A stretch of 64,000 bases of DNA from a virus. The first letter of the stretch is position 1, and each line of letters starts with the position of its first letter. The position numbers and the translations under genes were made by a program. The stretch is from positions 5,560 to 69,559 of IMG/VR virus record IMGVR_UViG_3300009545_000004; one strand, written 5' to 3'. This document shows positions 46,038 through 56,932 of this stretch, one piece after another. The notes beneath the pieces are model-generated. The model saw only the letters and a list, made by a program, of their open reading frames with translations, was not told the origin of the DNA and did no database searches.

Positions 46038-46478
46038 ATGTCGCACCGAGCCTGGCCCCTGGTCGCCCCACCGCCGCCTCTCGGCCCGCCGATCGGATGG
46101 GCTCAGCCGGGCAACAACCCGGCCGGCACGATCGCCCAAAGTAATGCCGGGAGCGTCGACCCCTACGGCCAGGCGCTCGGGCAGTTCCTCTATGCCGGCG
46201 TCGTCGGCTACAGCGAGGGTGACCTGGCCTGGTCGGCCGCCTGGTCGCCGCTGTTCGATCCGCAGGATGTTGCCCAGCCGGTGCTCACGCCGATGGCCGG
46301 CGGCCGGGTATCCGTCACGCTCGGCCAGCCGCTCGCCGAAGGCAGCTCGATCTTCAAGTACTGGCAGGGCCTGGTGACGATTTCAGCCACGGTCGATGGC
46401 GCCGTGTGCTCGAACTCCATCGAGTACACCTGCGGCGACGCCTTCTACGGCCCGATCGCCTGGGACACCGCGTCATGA
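46038..46478 (+). CDS. Virion-cluster hypothetical
   Basis: Coupled ORF. Confidence 0.55.
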   Translation: MSHRAWPLVAPPPPLGPPIGWAQPGNNPAGTIAQSNAGSVDPYGQALGQFLYAGVVGYSEGDLAWSAAWSPLFDPQDVAQPVLTPMAGGRVSVTLGQPLAEGSSIFKYWQGLVTISATVDGAVCSNSIEYTCGDAFYGPIAWDTAS

Positions 46479-47038
46479 GCATCACCGCCATCGTCCTGTC
46501 GGCGCAGCCGTACACGCCGACTTTCGTGGGCATCGAGGTGCTCACGCACCGCTCGATCATCCGCAACGCCGCCGAGCTGCAGGCCGCGCGCTACGCCGCT
46601 GTCGCGCGAGTGCGGACCTCGCATTTCTTCTTCCTCGACGATGACGACGAGTTGCTCGCCGATCACGTCGCGACGCTGGATCAGTGCGTGGCCGCCGATC
46701 AGGCGCTCGCCTACACCGACGAGCTGATCCGGTATGTCGACGGCACCGAGAAGACGACGGCGCGCCAGGCCTACAGCCAGGCCGCGCATCGCGCCGATCC
46801 GATGCTGGTGCATCACCTCGCGCTGTGCCGCACCGCCGAGGCGCTGGACGCGATCAAGCGCGTGCCGCGGGGCCACTTCTGTCCCGAGCTGCTGCTGTAC
46901 TGGGAGCTGGCGAAGGCCGGCGCCGCCTACGTGCCCGCGGTCGGCTACGTGTGGAACAAGGGCCACGGCATGCACACCTGGCCGCTGACGGCCATCAGCC
47001 AGGTGCGCTCGGCGCTCTGGTGCAAGGAGCACCCATGA
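46475..47038 (+). CDS. GT-A (family 2-like) glycosyltransferase-like protein
   Basis: AAR..AVARVRTSHFFFLDDDDELL..LAYTDE; DxD motif. Confidence 0.65.
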   Translation: MSITAIVLSAQPYTPTFVGIEVLTHRSIIRNAAELQAARYAAVARVRTSHFFFLDDDDELLADHVATLDQCVAADQALAYTDELIRYVDGTEKTTARQAYSQAAHRADPMLVHHLALCRTAEALDAIKRVPRGHFCPELLLYWELAKAGAAYVPAVGYVWNKGHGMHTWPLTAISQVRSALWCKEHP

Positions 47039-47667
47039 CACTCGCGCAAGTGCTGGTCGATCGTTCGCGCCTCACGCTGATCGACGCGGCAAAGGTGACC
47101 TGGGCCGATGACGAGCTGCTGGGCTACCTCAACGCGGGCATCGCGCAGGCCTGCGGCACGCTGCTCGACATCTACGTCAAGGCGCAGATGACCAACCTCG
47201 TCGCCGGGGTGCGTCAGACACTGCCGGCCGGTGGCCTGGTGCTGATCGACATCCCGCGCAACGGGGCCGGTGGCGCGGTGCAGCAAGCGCAGAGCAGCGA
47301 GTTCGGCCGCACCACGGAGAACTGGGCCGCTGCCGCCGCCAGCGCGAACGTCGGCTACTACTTCTTCGATCCGCGCAACCCGGCGAGCTTCCTGGTGTCG
47401 CCGCCCGCGACGGCGGGAGCGTCCGTCGAGCTGGTCTTCGGCGCGGTGCCTGATCCGATCGCCCTCGGCGCCCAGGTGCCCATCTCGCCGGCCTTCGACA
47501 CCGCGCTGTGGGCCTACACGAACGCGCTGGCCTACGCGAAGAGCACCAAGCGCCAGGACTTGACGAAGACGAACGCCTTCCTCGGGCTCTACAACGGCGT
47601 GCTCGACACCTGGAAGAAGGGCCGGGCGACGACGGTGAAGCCGCCCGACGCCAAGGGGGTCTTCTGA
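47035..47667 (+). CDS. Head-tail adaptor (DUF6682-like), paralog 2
   Basis: TWADDELLGYLNAG...LVAGVRQTLP...FLVSPP; similar to 44707. Confidence 0.7.
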   Translation: MTLAQVLVDRSRLTLIDAAKVTWADDELLGYLNAGIAQACGTLLDIYVKAQMTNLVAGVRQTLPAGGLVLIDIPRNGAGGAVQQAQSSEFGRTTENWAAAAASANVGYYFFDPRNPASFLVSPPATAGASVELVFGAVPDPIALGAQVPISPAFDTALWAYTNALAYAKSTKRQDLTKTNAFLGLYNGVLDTWKKGRATTVKPPDAKGVF

Positions 47668-50024
47668 TGCGGATCGCCGCAGAGACATTCCGCGGAGAGT
47701 CTCCGAAGACTTCCCCGAGACTGCTGCCCGACAACGCCGCGCAACTCGCGATCAACTGCCGGCTGCAGACCGGCGACCTGGAGAGCTGGCGCCAGTTCCT
47801 GCTGGCCAAGACGCTCGCCAACGCCGGCACCGTGCAGACGATCTACCTGCTCAACGGCGCCTGGTTGAGCTGGAACGCCCAGGTCGACGTGGCGCGCGGC
47901 GTGATACCCGGCGACGACACCTTTCGGACCTACCTCACGAGCCCGGGCTTCTATGCGACTCCCCGGTTTACGAACTACGCGATGGCGACGACTGGGGTGG
48001 AACCTTTTCCGGTGGCGACACGCCCGCTCGGTGTTCCACCCCCCGATACCGCACCCACGCTCACCGTGGGCACCGACCCGAATCCGCTGACCTTTTCGGT
48101 CGACGTGACGGACGCAGGCGACGGGCTCGGCCAGAACTGGATCGTCTCGTCCGGACAGGAGAACAGCAGCGACCACACGCGCCTGGTGTTCCAGGACGCC
48201 GGCCAGGGGAACCCGGCGCCGAGCTACACCCTGCAGTGCGAGAACAACGAAGGCAACGCCGTCTACTTCTATCGGGACTTCGGCATCGCGAACACCATGG
48301 TGGCGACCATCTCGGTCGACGTGATGGTGCAGGACTCGGGCGGCAACGATCGCTCGGACATCGCGATCGTCTTCGGCGCCGACGCCGGTGGCTCGGGGTG
48401 CAGGATCGGCATCACCGGCCAGACGGGCACGAACCTGGGCCTCTACATCAACACCGGCTCCGAATGGGCGCAAGGGCAGGGCAGCAGCGTCGCGCAGGCG
48501 GTGTGCTCCGGCACGATCCAGCACGGCTTCTGGTACACGATCAAGGCGACGAAGACAGCCAAGTCCGATGGCACCTCGACGGTGGCCGCCGAGCTGTACT
48601 ACGGTGCCACGCTGCTCGGCACCTGCACCGCGACGAACAACTTCGACAACGGGGGCTACTGCGGGGCGGCGTACACGCGCAGCGATGACCGCTTCAACCT
48701 GTTCTTCGACAACTTCCACATCAAGGGCAGCGGCAGCACCAACTACGTCGCGCAGAACGTCGCGACGAGCTACGTCTACACCTTCGTGAACGACCTGGCC
48801 GAAGAGTCCCCGCCGTCCCCGGCGAGCGCGACGGTGCTGCGCCCGGACGGCATCGCGGTCAACGTCACCACGCCAACCACGACGCCCGCGGGCACCGATG
48901 CGGCCTACGGCATCGCCACCAAGCGCATCTATCGGGCGGTCACCGGTGCGACGGGCACGATCTACGTGCTGGTCGACGAGATTGCGCTCTCGCTGGCTGT
49001 CTACGTCGACACGAAGGACGACTCGGACATCGCCAGTTCGGACCCGCTGGCGTCCGACGACTGGGATCTTCCGCCGCCCGACTTGCAAGGCATCATCGCG
49101 CTGCCCAACGCGGTGATGGCGGGCTTTCGGCGCAACCAGCTCTGCCTGTCGGCCGCCGGCCGACCGCACGCCTGGCCGGTGGCCTACCGGCTCAACGTCG
49201 ACACCGACATCGTGGCGATCGCCAACATCGACAACACGATTGTCATCGGCACGAAGAGCTTCCTCTACACCGCCACCGGCAACGCGCCCGAGAGCTACTC
49301 GATGAGCAAGCCAGGCGACCCACAGGCCTGCGTCTCCAAGCGCTCGATGACCTTCATGCCCGACGTGGGCGTGGTCTACGCGAGCCCGGACGGCCTGATG
49401 GTCTGCGGTGGCTCGGCCGGCCAGGTCACCAACGTGACGGCGGGCATCTTCACGAAGCGGCAGTGGCAGGCGCTGCAGCCCTCGTCGCTGATCAGCGCGG
49501 TGCACGACGGCGTGCTGTTCTTCTTCGTCGCCGGCCCGACGCCCGACGCCGGCTATGCGCTCGACACGAAGCAGGGCGGCTTCGGCCTGATCCGGCTCTC
49601 CTGGCACGCCAACGCCGTGCACGTCGACCCGCTGACCGATGCCCTCTATGCGCTGCTCGACGTGAACAGCGAGCCGACCGACAGCAACCTGCCGCTGGCG
49701 AGCACCGCGGTCGCCCCGAGCAGCGTGCGCGTGTACCAGTTCGACGCCGGCGCGAGCGACATGGTGTTCCTGTGGCGCGGCAAGCTCAACCTGATGGCGA
49801 TCCCGACAGCGATGCAGGTGATGCAGGTGCGCGCCGCCGGCTTCGAGAACGTCCTGGTGCGCCTCTATGGCGACGGCTTGATGCTGCACGAGCAGGTGCT
49901 CAGCGACATGCGCGAGTTCACGATCCCGACGCTCGATGCACATGACGACTTCGAGCTGGAGCTGATGGGCACGTCGACCGTGCGCGGCGCGCAGGCCGCC
50001 GAGGAAGTCGAGGAGCTGCGCTGA
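47667..50024 (+). CDS. Tail nozzle/stabilisation protein with inserted beta-sandwich domain
   Basis: FRGESP..PRLLP, YVYTFV, LPPPDLQG, PHAWP, VYASPDGL. Confidence 0.7.
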   Translation: MRIAAETFRGESPKTSPRLLPDNAAQLAINCRLQTGDLESWRQFLLAKTLANAGTVQTIYLLNGAWLSWNAQVDVARGVIPGDDTFRTYLTSPGFYATPRFTNYAMATTGVEPFPVATRPLGVPPPDTAPTLTVGTDPNPLTFSVDVTDAGDGLGQNWIVSSGQENSSDHTRLVFQDAGQGNPAPSYTLQCENNEGNAVYFYRDFGIANTMVATISVDVMVQDSGGNDRSDIAIVFGADAGGSGCRIGITGQTGTNLGLYINTGSEWAQGQGSSVAQAVCSGTIQHGFWYTIKATKTAKSDGTSTVAAELYYGATLLGTCTATNNFDNGGYCGAAYTRSDDRFNLFFDNFHIKGSGSTNYVAQNVATSYVYTFVNDLAEESPPSPASATVLRPDGIAVNVTTPTTTPAGTDAAYGIATKRIYRAVTGATGTIYVLVDEIALSLAVYVDTKDDSDIASSDPLASDDWDLPPPDLQGIIALPNAVMAGFRRNQLCLSAAGRPHAWPVAYRLNVDTDIVAIANIDNTIVIGTKSFLYTATGNAPESYSMSKPGDPQACVSKRSMTFMPDVGVVYASPDGLMVCGGSAGQVTNVTAGIFTKRQWQALQPSSLISAVHDGVLFFFVAGPTPDAGYALDTKQGGFGLIRLSWHANAVHVDPLTDALYALLDVNSEPTDSNLPLASTAVAPSSVRVYQFDAGASDMVFLWRGKLNLMAIPTAMQVMQVRAAGFENVLVRLYGDGLMLHEQVLSDMREFTIPTLDAHDDFELELMGTSTVRGAQAAEEVEELR

Positions 50025-52327
50025 TGGCGACGACCGGCGGCCGGATCGTTCCGTACCAGACGCCGAACAAGCTGGAGCTGCGGGCGCTGCAAAATGCGCT
50101 CGACAACATCCGCGAAAGTCTCGGGCGCATCGACAGCCAGGTCACCGGCACCAGCAAGCTCGCCGGCCAGACGGCGCTCACGAGCGGCCAGGGCGCGGCG
50201 AAGACGGCGGCGCTGCAGCAACAGGTGTTCAACCTGCAGGCCGACCTCGATGCGCTCGCGAAGCTCGTCGCCGACGAGGCCGCCGTGCCGACGCCCGAGC
50301 ACCTGGTGGTGCTCTTCGGCGACGACGTGGAGGACGGCGAAGACGGCCCGCCTGGCCTGCGGGGCCGCGACGGCACCATGGGCATCAATGGCCGGCCGGG
50401 CATCTCGCTGTTCATCGATGGCGAAGACGGTGACGACAGCTTCCCGATTCCCGGGCGCGCTGGCGCCGCTGGCACGAACGGCATCGATGGCGCCGCAGGC
50501 CGACCCGGCATGTCTATTTTTCTGGATCCGGAAGAGGCCGAAGACGGCTTTCCGCTTCCTGGACGGCCCGGCACAAACGGAACAAACGGCACGAACGGCA
50601 TTGACGGCGCGCGCGGCCCGATAGGCATCTCGTTCGGTGTCGACGGCGACGACGGCGAGGACGGCCAGTTCGTCGGCTTCGGCCGCACGCTCGGCTCGAT
50701 GGCCTTTCTGAGCGACACGCTCTTCGTGCGCAAGGCCGGCGACACGATGACCGGGCCACTGCTGAACACACAGAACGAGGCGTTGCGCATCGTCGCCAAC
50801 AGCGCCTTTGTCAGCGGCTACGAGTCGACCAACACCACGCGCACCGGCTACCTGCAGTTCGCCGCCGGATCGCAGGCGTTGCTGCGCGCCGAGGGCGGCA
50901 CGAACCTCACGCTGCAGACCGACAACGGCTCGTTCTCGATCCTCGGCAGCACCGGCATTGCGGCCGTCTCGACGCGCCTGGGCATCGGCAAGACGGCCGG
51001 CGCGGTGACCGATGTGCTCGATGTCGTCAGCACCGGCCGGGCCTACCTGGTGCTCACCGCCGGTGGCGCCTCCACCACCGCGGGCATCAGCCTGTCGGCC
51101 ACCGCGGGCCCCTCGGCCTGGACAATCGACGCCGGCATCGGCTCGGCGCACAGCCTGCGCATCTACGACGCCACCAACGCCGCGGAACGCCTGCGCATCG
51201 ACAGCGCCGGCCAGCTCGGCATCGGCGCCAGCCCCACCGCCACGTCGGGCAGGCTGCAGGTGATCGGCGTCGGATCGCCCGATTCGAGCGTGCGCATCAG
51301 CAACACGACCTACGGCGTGAACCTGCGGCTCGCCGCGAGCACCGGCGTGACGGACTCGGCGGTGATCTACACCGAGGGCGCGCACGCGCTGCGCTTCGGC
51401 ACGAACAACACCGAAAACGTGCGCATCGACAGTGCGGGCAACGTCGGCATCAACTCGACGGCGCCGCAGAACTACGGCGTCAACTACGCCACGCTCGAAG
51501 TCAAAGGTGGCACGACATCCACGGGCGGCGTCATTCAGAGCGTCAGCTCGGACTCCAGCGTCAAGCTCAGACTGTTCGTCGACTCCGGACTGGGCATCGT
51601 GGGCACCAGCTCAGCCAGTGCCCTTCTCTTTCAGACCAACGGGGTTGAGCGTGCGCGTTTCGACACCAGCGGCCAGTTCGGCATCGGCACGAACTTGCCG
51701 GGATTCACGCTCGACGTGCAGGCCGCCGCCGCGAAGATCGTCGCGAAGTCCACGACCGGCACCAACGTCGCCTACCTGCGCGCCGACAACACCGGGGGCA
51801 GCTTCTATCTCGGCCAGGACAGCTCGGTCGGCAGCATCACCGGGACGGCCTACGCGACGATGGTGTGGGGCATCAGTACGACGGGGCCGATGCTCTTCGG
51901 CACCGGCAGCACCGAGCGCATGCGCATCGACACGAGCGGCAATGTCGGGATCGGCATGACGCCGAGCGGCAAATTCGACGTGAGCGGCGTGGTTCGCGCG
52001 ATGGGCGCCAGCACGGCGACCACGGGCTCAGGCGTCGAGCTGGAGCTGACGGGGGGAATCGGCTACGTGACGGCCTACAACCGCACCGGCGCGGCCTTCC
52101 TGCCGCTGATCGTGCGCGGCTCGACGCTCACTTTCAACATTGGAGCCACCGCACGCATCGCGGTCGCCGCCGCCGGCACCGTGACGCTGAGCGCCGGCCT
52201 GGGCATCAACGGCAAGGCGGCCGTCGCCAACGTCGCCGCGCCGCCCGCCGCGACGGTCCTGGCCGACACGATCACCCTGGTCAACGACATCCGCACTCGC
52301 CTCATCAACTTCGGCATCTACACCTGA
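50024..52327 (+). CDS. Tail fibre with collagen-like segments and ERxRIDxxGxxGIG repeats
   Basis: G-X-Y runs; KAGDTMTG; four RID/RFD..G.(V/L/F)GI repeats. Confidence 0.8.
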   Translation: MATTGGRIVPYQTPNKLELRALQNALDNIRESLGRIDSQVTGTSKLAGQTALTSGQGAAKTAALQQQVFNLQADLDALAKLVADEAAVPTPEHLVVLFGDDVEDGEDGPPGLRGRDGTMGINGRPGISLFIDGEDGDDSFPIPGRAGAAGTNGIDGAAGRPGMSIFLDPEEAEDGFPLPGRPGTNGTNGTNGIDGARGPIGISFGVDGDDGEDGQFVGFGRTLGSMAFLSDTLFVRKAGDTMTGPLLNTQNEALRIVANSAFVSGYESTNTTRTGYLQFAAGSQALLRAEGGTNLTLQTDNGSFSILGSTGIAAVSTRLGIGKTAGAVTDVLDVVSTGRAYLVLTAGGASTTAGISLSATAGPSAWTIDAGIGSAHSLRIYDATNAAERLRIDSAGQLGIGASPTATSGRLQVIGVGSPDSSVRISNTTYGVNLRLAASTGVTDSAVIYTEGAHALRFGTNNTENVRIDSAGNVGINSTAPQNYGVNYATLEVKGGTTSTGGVIQSVSSDSSVKLRLFVDSGLGIVGTSSASALLFQTNGVERARFDTSGQFGIGTNLPGFTLDVQAAAAKIVAKSTTGTNVAYLRADNTGGSFYLGQDSSVGSITGTAYATMVWGISTTGPMLFGTGSTERMRIDTSGNVGIGMTPSGKFDVSGVVRAMGASTATTGSGVELELTGGIGYVTAYNRTGAAFLPLIVRGSTLTFNIGATARIAVAAAGTVTLSAGLGINGKAAVANVAAPPAATVLADTITLVNDIRTRLINFGIYT

Positions 52328-52337
52328 AGGAGCAGAC

Positions 52338-53705
52338 ATGCCCGACTACCGATCCAGCACCGAGGAGGCCACGACGCATCGCAGGGCCTTCGCCGTGCAC
52401 TTGCAGAACCCCTATGGCGACCCGGCAGGCAGCGGCATCCTGTTCGAGGAAGAGGACGTGATGGTGATCGGGGACCGCACCATCAAGATCACCACCGGCA
52501 ACGTTGGCTCGGGCTTCATGCCAGGCGAGACCTTTGCGCTGCTCGATCCCACCACCGGCGCGCCCACGGGGGCGACGGCTTCGCACCTCGATATCTACGT
52601 GCTGCTCAACAGCCTCTACATCGACCTTGCGCTCAAGCGCGACGCGGCCGAAGCCGCGACGGCCGCACCCCCACCTGCACCCTGAAAGGACGCATGCAAT
52701 GGACGACAAACTGGCCCAGGCCACCCTCAACGCGCTCGCCCGCCAGCGCGAGGCCGCCCTCAACGGCTGCGCCCAGCTCGAAGCGCAGCTCGAACTCGTC
52801 AACGCCGAGAACAGGGCGCTGAAAGACCAGCTCGCGAAGCTGCAGCCGCTCGATGTCGACCCGGAACACCTCAAGGCCGACGGCCAGGCGCTCAGCAACG
52901 GCCAAGCCCCGGCCCTCAACTGATCCCAGGAGCCTCTCATGGCAACGAACAAGCAATTCCGCTTCGGCCCCGTCCTGCTCACCAACGTGTTGACGACGAA
53001 CCTGCTGAATCCGCCGACTGCGGCCGGTGGCGTGAATGCCGGTGCATCGCCGAACTTCATCACGCTCAAGCACCTGCGCGTCACGAACAAGACGGGTGCG
53101 GTCGCCACCGTCTCGCTGTGGGTCGGTGCCACGGGCGCCAACGCGGCGGGCACCGAGTTCGTGTGGCAGAGCGCGAACGTGCCGGCGAACGACTCGATCG
53201 ACTGGTACAGCAGCGGCGCGCGACTCGCGTCGACCGACTTCCTGGTCGGCGGCTCGAACACCGCGAACGCACTGACGATCAGCGGCGAGGGCGAAATCGG
53301 CGTGGCGTGATGATCGCCGGAACGGACTTCGTGTTCGCCGACCTCGACGAATGTCTGCCGCTCGTGCTCAAGCGCTGGGGCCGCACGCGCTCGGTGAGGG
53401 CCGTGATGGACGAGTTCGTGACGCGCTGCCGCGCCGAGGGGGCGACCTTCATGCGCTGCCCGGACGGCGTGGTGCTGATCACCGCGATCGGACTCGAAGG
53501 CGGCGGCTTCGAGATGCGCGTCCTGCTCGCCGTGTCGACCTGTCCGTCAGGTGCATTCAATAAGCGAGAGAGTGACATGCTCACTATCGCGAAAGAACTC
53601 GGCGCGAGTCGCATGAGCTTTCAGACGGACAGGCCCGGCTGGAGCAAGTTGCTCGGTCCCGAGTGGAGCTGGAGCAGGGGGGTTTTCAACAGGAGCGTTC
53701 CATGA
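52338..53705 (+). other. Four small tail-associated ORFs (52338-52685, 52699-52923, 52939-53310, 53310-53705)
   Basis: RBSs (AGGAG) and coupling. Confidence 0.65.
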
Positions 53706-55184
53706 GCAAGGGTGGCGGCCAGGTGCAAGAGACATCGAAGGAGCGCGCGCTGGCCGAAGTCGGCGTGCAGCAGATGCAGGACTTCAAGGCGCGATGGCTC
53801 CCGGTGCAACAGCGCTTCGCCAAGAGCGTGACCGAGGCCGGTGCCCCGGACTCCTTCCAGCGGCGCCAGGCCGTCTCCAAGGCCGCGATCGACACGACGG
53901 CCCGCTTCGGCCAGGCCGCCGACAGGCTCGACGCCACGGCCGCCACTTCCGGCCAGCTCGGCAGCAGCAAGCAGAAGCTCGGCCTCACCGGACTGCAGAG
54001 CGACCGCGCGACTTCGATGGGACTCGCCGAGACTGCGGCCAATTCCGCGGTCGACGATGCGTATGTCTCGGGACTCAATGCCGTCACGGCACTCGGTCGC
54101 GGCGAGAAGTCGACGGCCATCGGCGGACTGCAGACATCCGCAGCGCTCAGTGGGCGCCAGGCCGCCGCTGATGCTGACCAGGCGCTGGCCGATCGGGCCG
54201 GCCAGTACCAGCTCGCCGGCACGCTCGCGGGCGCGGCCGGCTACGGCTACGCGAGCAGCTTGAGGCCTGCCCAACCAGGCCTCTCCGGCACGCTGCCGAG
54301 CGGCGGCTCCTCCGTGGTGCTCGGTGCGCAGGACGACGAATTCGTCACCAATCCACAAGCGGGGTATTGATCATGAGCGGATTCTTTGGCGGCAGCGCCG
54401 AGTACCTGTGGAACCCTGATGCGGCGGGGCGGCAATTTCTTCAGCCCAAGCTGAAGGGCCTCTTCGGCGGCGACGACGCAAGCACCTCCAACACCGCCAA
54501 CGATATGTTCGCGCAGCTCACGCGCGACCAGTGGCAGAGCTACGTGACGAACTACGTGCCCTACGAGAACGACCTCATCAAGTACGCGATGAGCACGACA
54601 GCGGTCGACGATGCGATGAAGAGCGCGAGCGCCGACGTGAACAGCGCGTTCGACAACAGCACAGCGGCGACGCAGCGCCGCCTCGCCGGCCTCGGCCTCA
54701 CGCTCAGCCCGGACGAGCAGGCGGCATCGACCCGCTCGACAGGCCTGGCCCGAAGCCTCGCCGACGTGAACGCGCAGAACACCGCGCGCGATGCCACGGT
54801 GGCGCGCCAGCAGTCGATCCTCGGCAACCCCACGCCACGCATCGGCGGCCTCTCGGGAGTCTCGTGATGATGGACAGCGGCACCTACGGACTCGGCACCA
54901 GCATCCGCGGCCCGGCAGCGGCAGGCCCGGGGCTCGCCTCGCTCGGCCAGCAGCAGGAGGGCCTCGCCACCAAGTTGCTCGGCCAGGCCGCCGACGAAGA
55001 GCAGCGGCGCAACCTGGAGAACCAGCAGCGCGCGCAGCAGGAGAAGCAGGCCAAGACGCAGCTCGGCACGACGGTCGGCGCGGTCGGCGGTGCGGCGCTC
55101 GGCGCCCAGTACGGCTCGGTCGGCGGCCCGTGGGGCATGGCGATCGGCGCGCTCGTCGGAGCCCTCGGCTCGCAACTCTTCTAG
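53702..55184 (+). other. Three small internal virion/ejection proteins (53702-54370, 54373-54867, 54867-55184)
   Basis: Gly/Ala/Gln-rich, Gly-zipper C-termini; position before large ejection proteins. Confidence 0.65.
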
Positions 55185-55193
55185 GAGGCGGAC

Positions 55194-56930
55194 ATGCCTT
55201 CAGCATGGCAAGGAGCAGCGCAAGGCCTCGAATCCGGCTTCCGGATGGCGATGCAGCTCGATCAGCAGCAGCGCTCGAACCGGCGCCAGGACGCCGCCGA
55301 CGCGCGCCAGGCCGGGCTCGATGCGCAGGCGCAGGAAGACCGCCAGCGCACCTTCGAGCGCCAGCAACTCTCCGACACGGCCGGTGCGGTGCAAGCGCAG
55401 GGGGCCGACCTGGTGTCGAGCCTGCAAGCGCGCATCAACCGCGGCGAGACGCTGACGAAGGCTGAGCAAGCCGACTGGGCGGCAAGCTACAAGGCCAACC
55501 AGGAAGCCCGGCAGCAGGTGCTGACGCAGCGCGGCGCGCCCGACTTGGACGCGATCAAGGCCGCACGCGCCGAACGCGCGCAGAAGGTTGCCGCGGGCAC
55601 CGCAACGCCCGACGAGCTGGCGACCTACCTCAAGGAGGGCACCGGCATCAACGCGGCCGACTGGGTGCGGCCCGCGCCGGATCAGCCGTCGCCCATCGAG
55701 GCCAACGGCGGCCGGATGATCCAGGCCTTCGACAAGGGCGACCAGGCCGGCATCATCAAGGGCCTCAACTACGCGCTGGCGCCACAGATCAACCAGGGCG
55801 TGGGCGAGCAGACCGGGCGCGGCAAGGTGCTGAAGAAGGAAATCGACAGCGTGGTCCCGGTGCCCACGGTCGGCCCCGATGGTCAGCCGACGCCCCCCGG
55901 CCAGGACGCCGGCCCGCCGACGCACGGCATCGTCAACCTCAAGGTGTGGGTGAACAACGGCAAGGCCGGCCCGACGCTGCCGCCCGAGTCCGGCGCGCCG
56001 CCCGGCGTCACCGGCTACTACATCGCGCCGCTCACCGAAGGGCGCGGCAGCGGCCCGGACGCCAGGCCGCTGCCGGTGTCGTTCGACAAGGTGAAGGACT
56101 ACATCTCCAACCAGATGCAGCTCGCGCAGCACCTCAACGAGAGCCCGGACGCACAGGCCAAGCTGCAGGAGTACGTTGACACACACGGTGACGATGAGAA
56201 CTTCTCGAAGCTGGCCGCGAGCGCCGGCATCACGCCGCGCAAGAAGCAGTTCGAGGACGTGACGATCAAGGCAGGCGAGAAGCGCCTGCGCTACCAGGTC
56301 GAAGCGGACGGCAACCGCATCGGCGAGCCGCAGGTGCTCGACAACCCGAAGGAGTTCCGCGACCCGCTGGATGCCGCCCGGCAGATCATGGAAGACAACC
56401 CCGGCATGTCGCTGGTGGACGCTGCCGCGCTGGCGCAGCGCGTCGGCCTCGCGCGCCAGCCGACGAAGTACAGCGGCGGCGGCCTCGCGGGCCCGGGTGG
56501 TGGCGGTGGCGCCGGCGGTGGTGGTGCCGGCAGCGGCAGCGTCGGGCTCGACAGCTTCACGCCCGGCCAGCGCCGCTACTACCAGACGACCAAGGAGCTG
56601 ATCGACAAGAAGGAAGAGCAGATCGCCAAGCGCGAGGCCGAAGCCGATCAGAACTACCGGGCCGAGCTGACGACCCTCAAGGACGATCCGCTCACCTCCA
56701 CCGACGAGTCGCGCGCTCAGAACAAGGCCGATCGCGCGGCGCTGAAGAAGGAGTACGAGGCACGTCGGGCGAAGTTCGATCAGGACCGCGAAGGCATCGC
56801 GCAGAACCGTGCCGACCTGGAGCGCCGCACCGGCCTGAAGGGCACCGACGACGTGAAGGCCAGCAAGCCCCAGCAGCCGGGCAAGGGCAAGCTCACCGCT
56901 GACGCGGCGGCCACGAAGTTCGGCTTCTAG
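55194..56930 (+). CDS. Internal virion (ejection) protein
   Basis: 578 aa, AGGAGG RBS, Gln/Ala-rich N-terminus. Confidence 0.7.
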   Translation: MPSAWQGAAQGLESGFRMAMQLDQQQRSNRRQDAADARQAGLDAQAQEDRQRTFERQQLSDTAGAVQAQGADLVSSLQARINRGETLTKAEQADWAASYKANQEARQQVLTQRGAPDLDAIKAARAERAQKVAAGTATPDELATYLKEGTGINAADWVRPAPDQPSPIEANGGRMIQAFDKGDQAGIIKGLNYALAPQINQGVGEQTGRGKVLKKEIDSVVPVPTVGPDGQPTPPGQDAGPPTHGIVNLKVWVNNGKAGPTLPPESGAPPGVTGYYIAPLTEGRGSGPDARPLPVSFDKVKDYISNQMQLAQHLNESPDAQAKLQEYVDTHGDDENFSKLAASAGITPRKKQFEDVTIKAGEKRLRYQVEADGNRIGEPQVLDNPKEFRDPLDAARQIMEDNPGMSLVDAAALAQRVGLARQPTKYSGGGLAGPGGGGGAGGGGAGSGSVGLDSFTPGQRRYYQTTKELIDKKEEQIAKREAEADQNYRAELTTLKDDPLTSTDESRAQNKADRAALKKEYEARRAKFDQDREGIAQNRADLERRTGLKGTDDVKASKPQQPGKGKLTADAAATKFGF

Positions 56931-56932
56931 CC

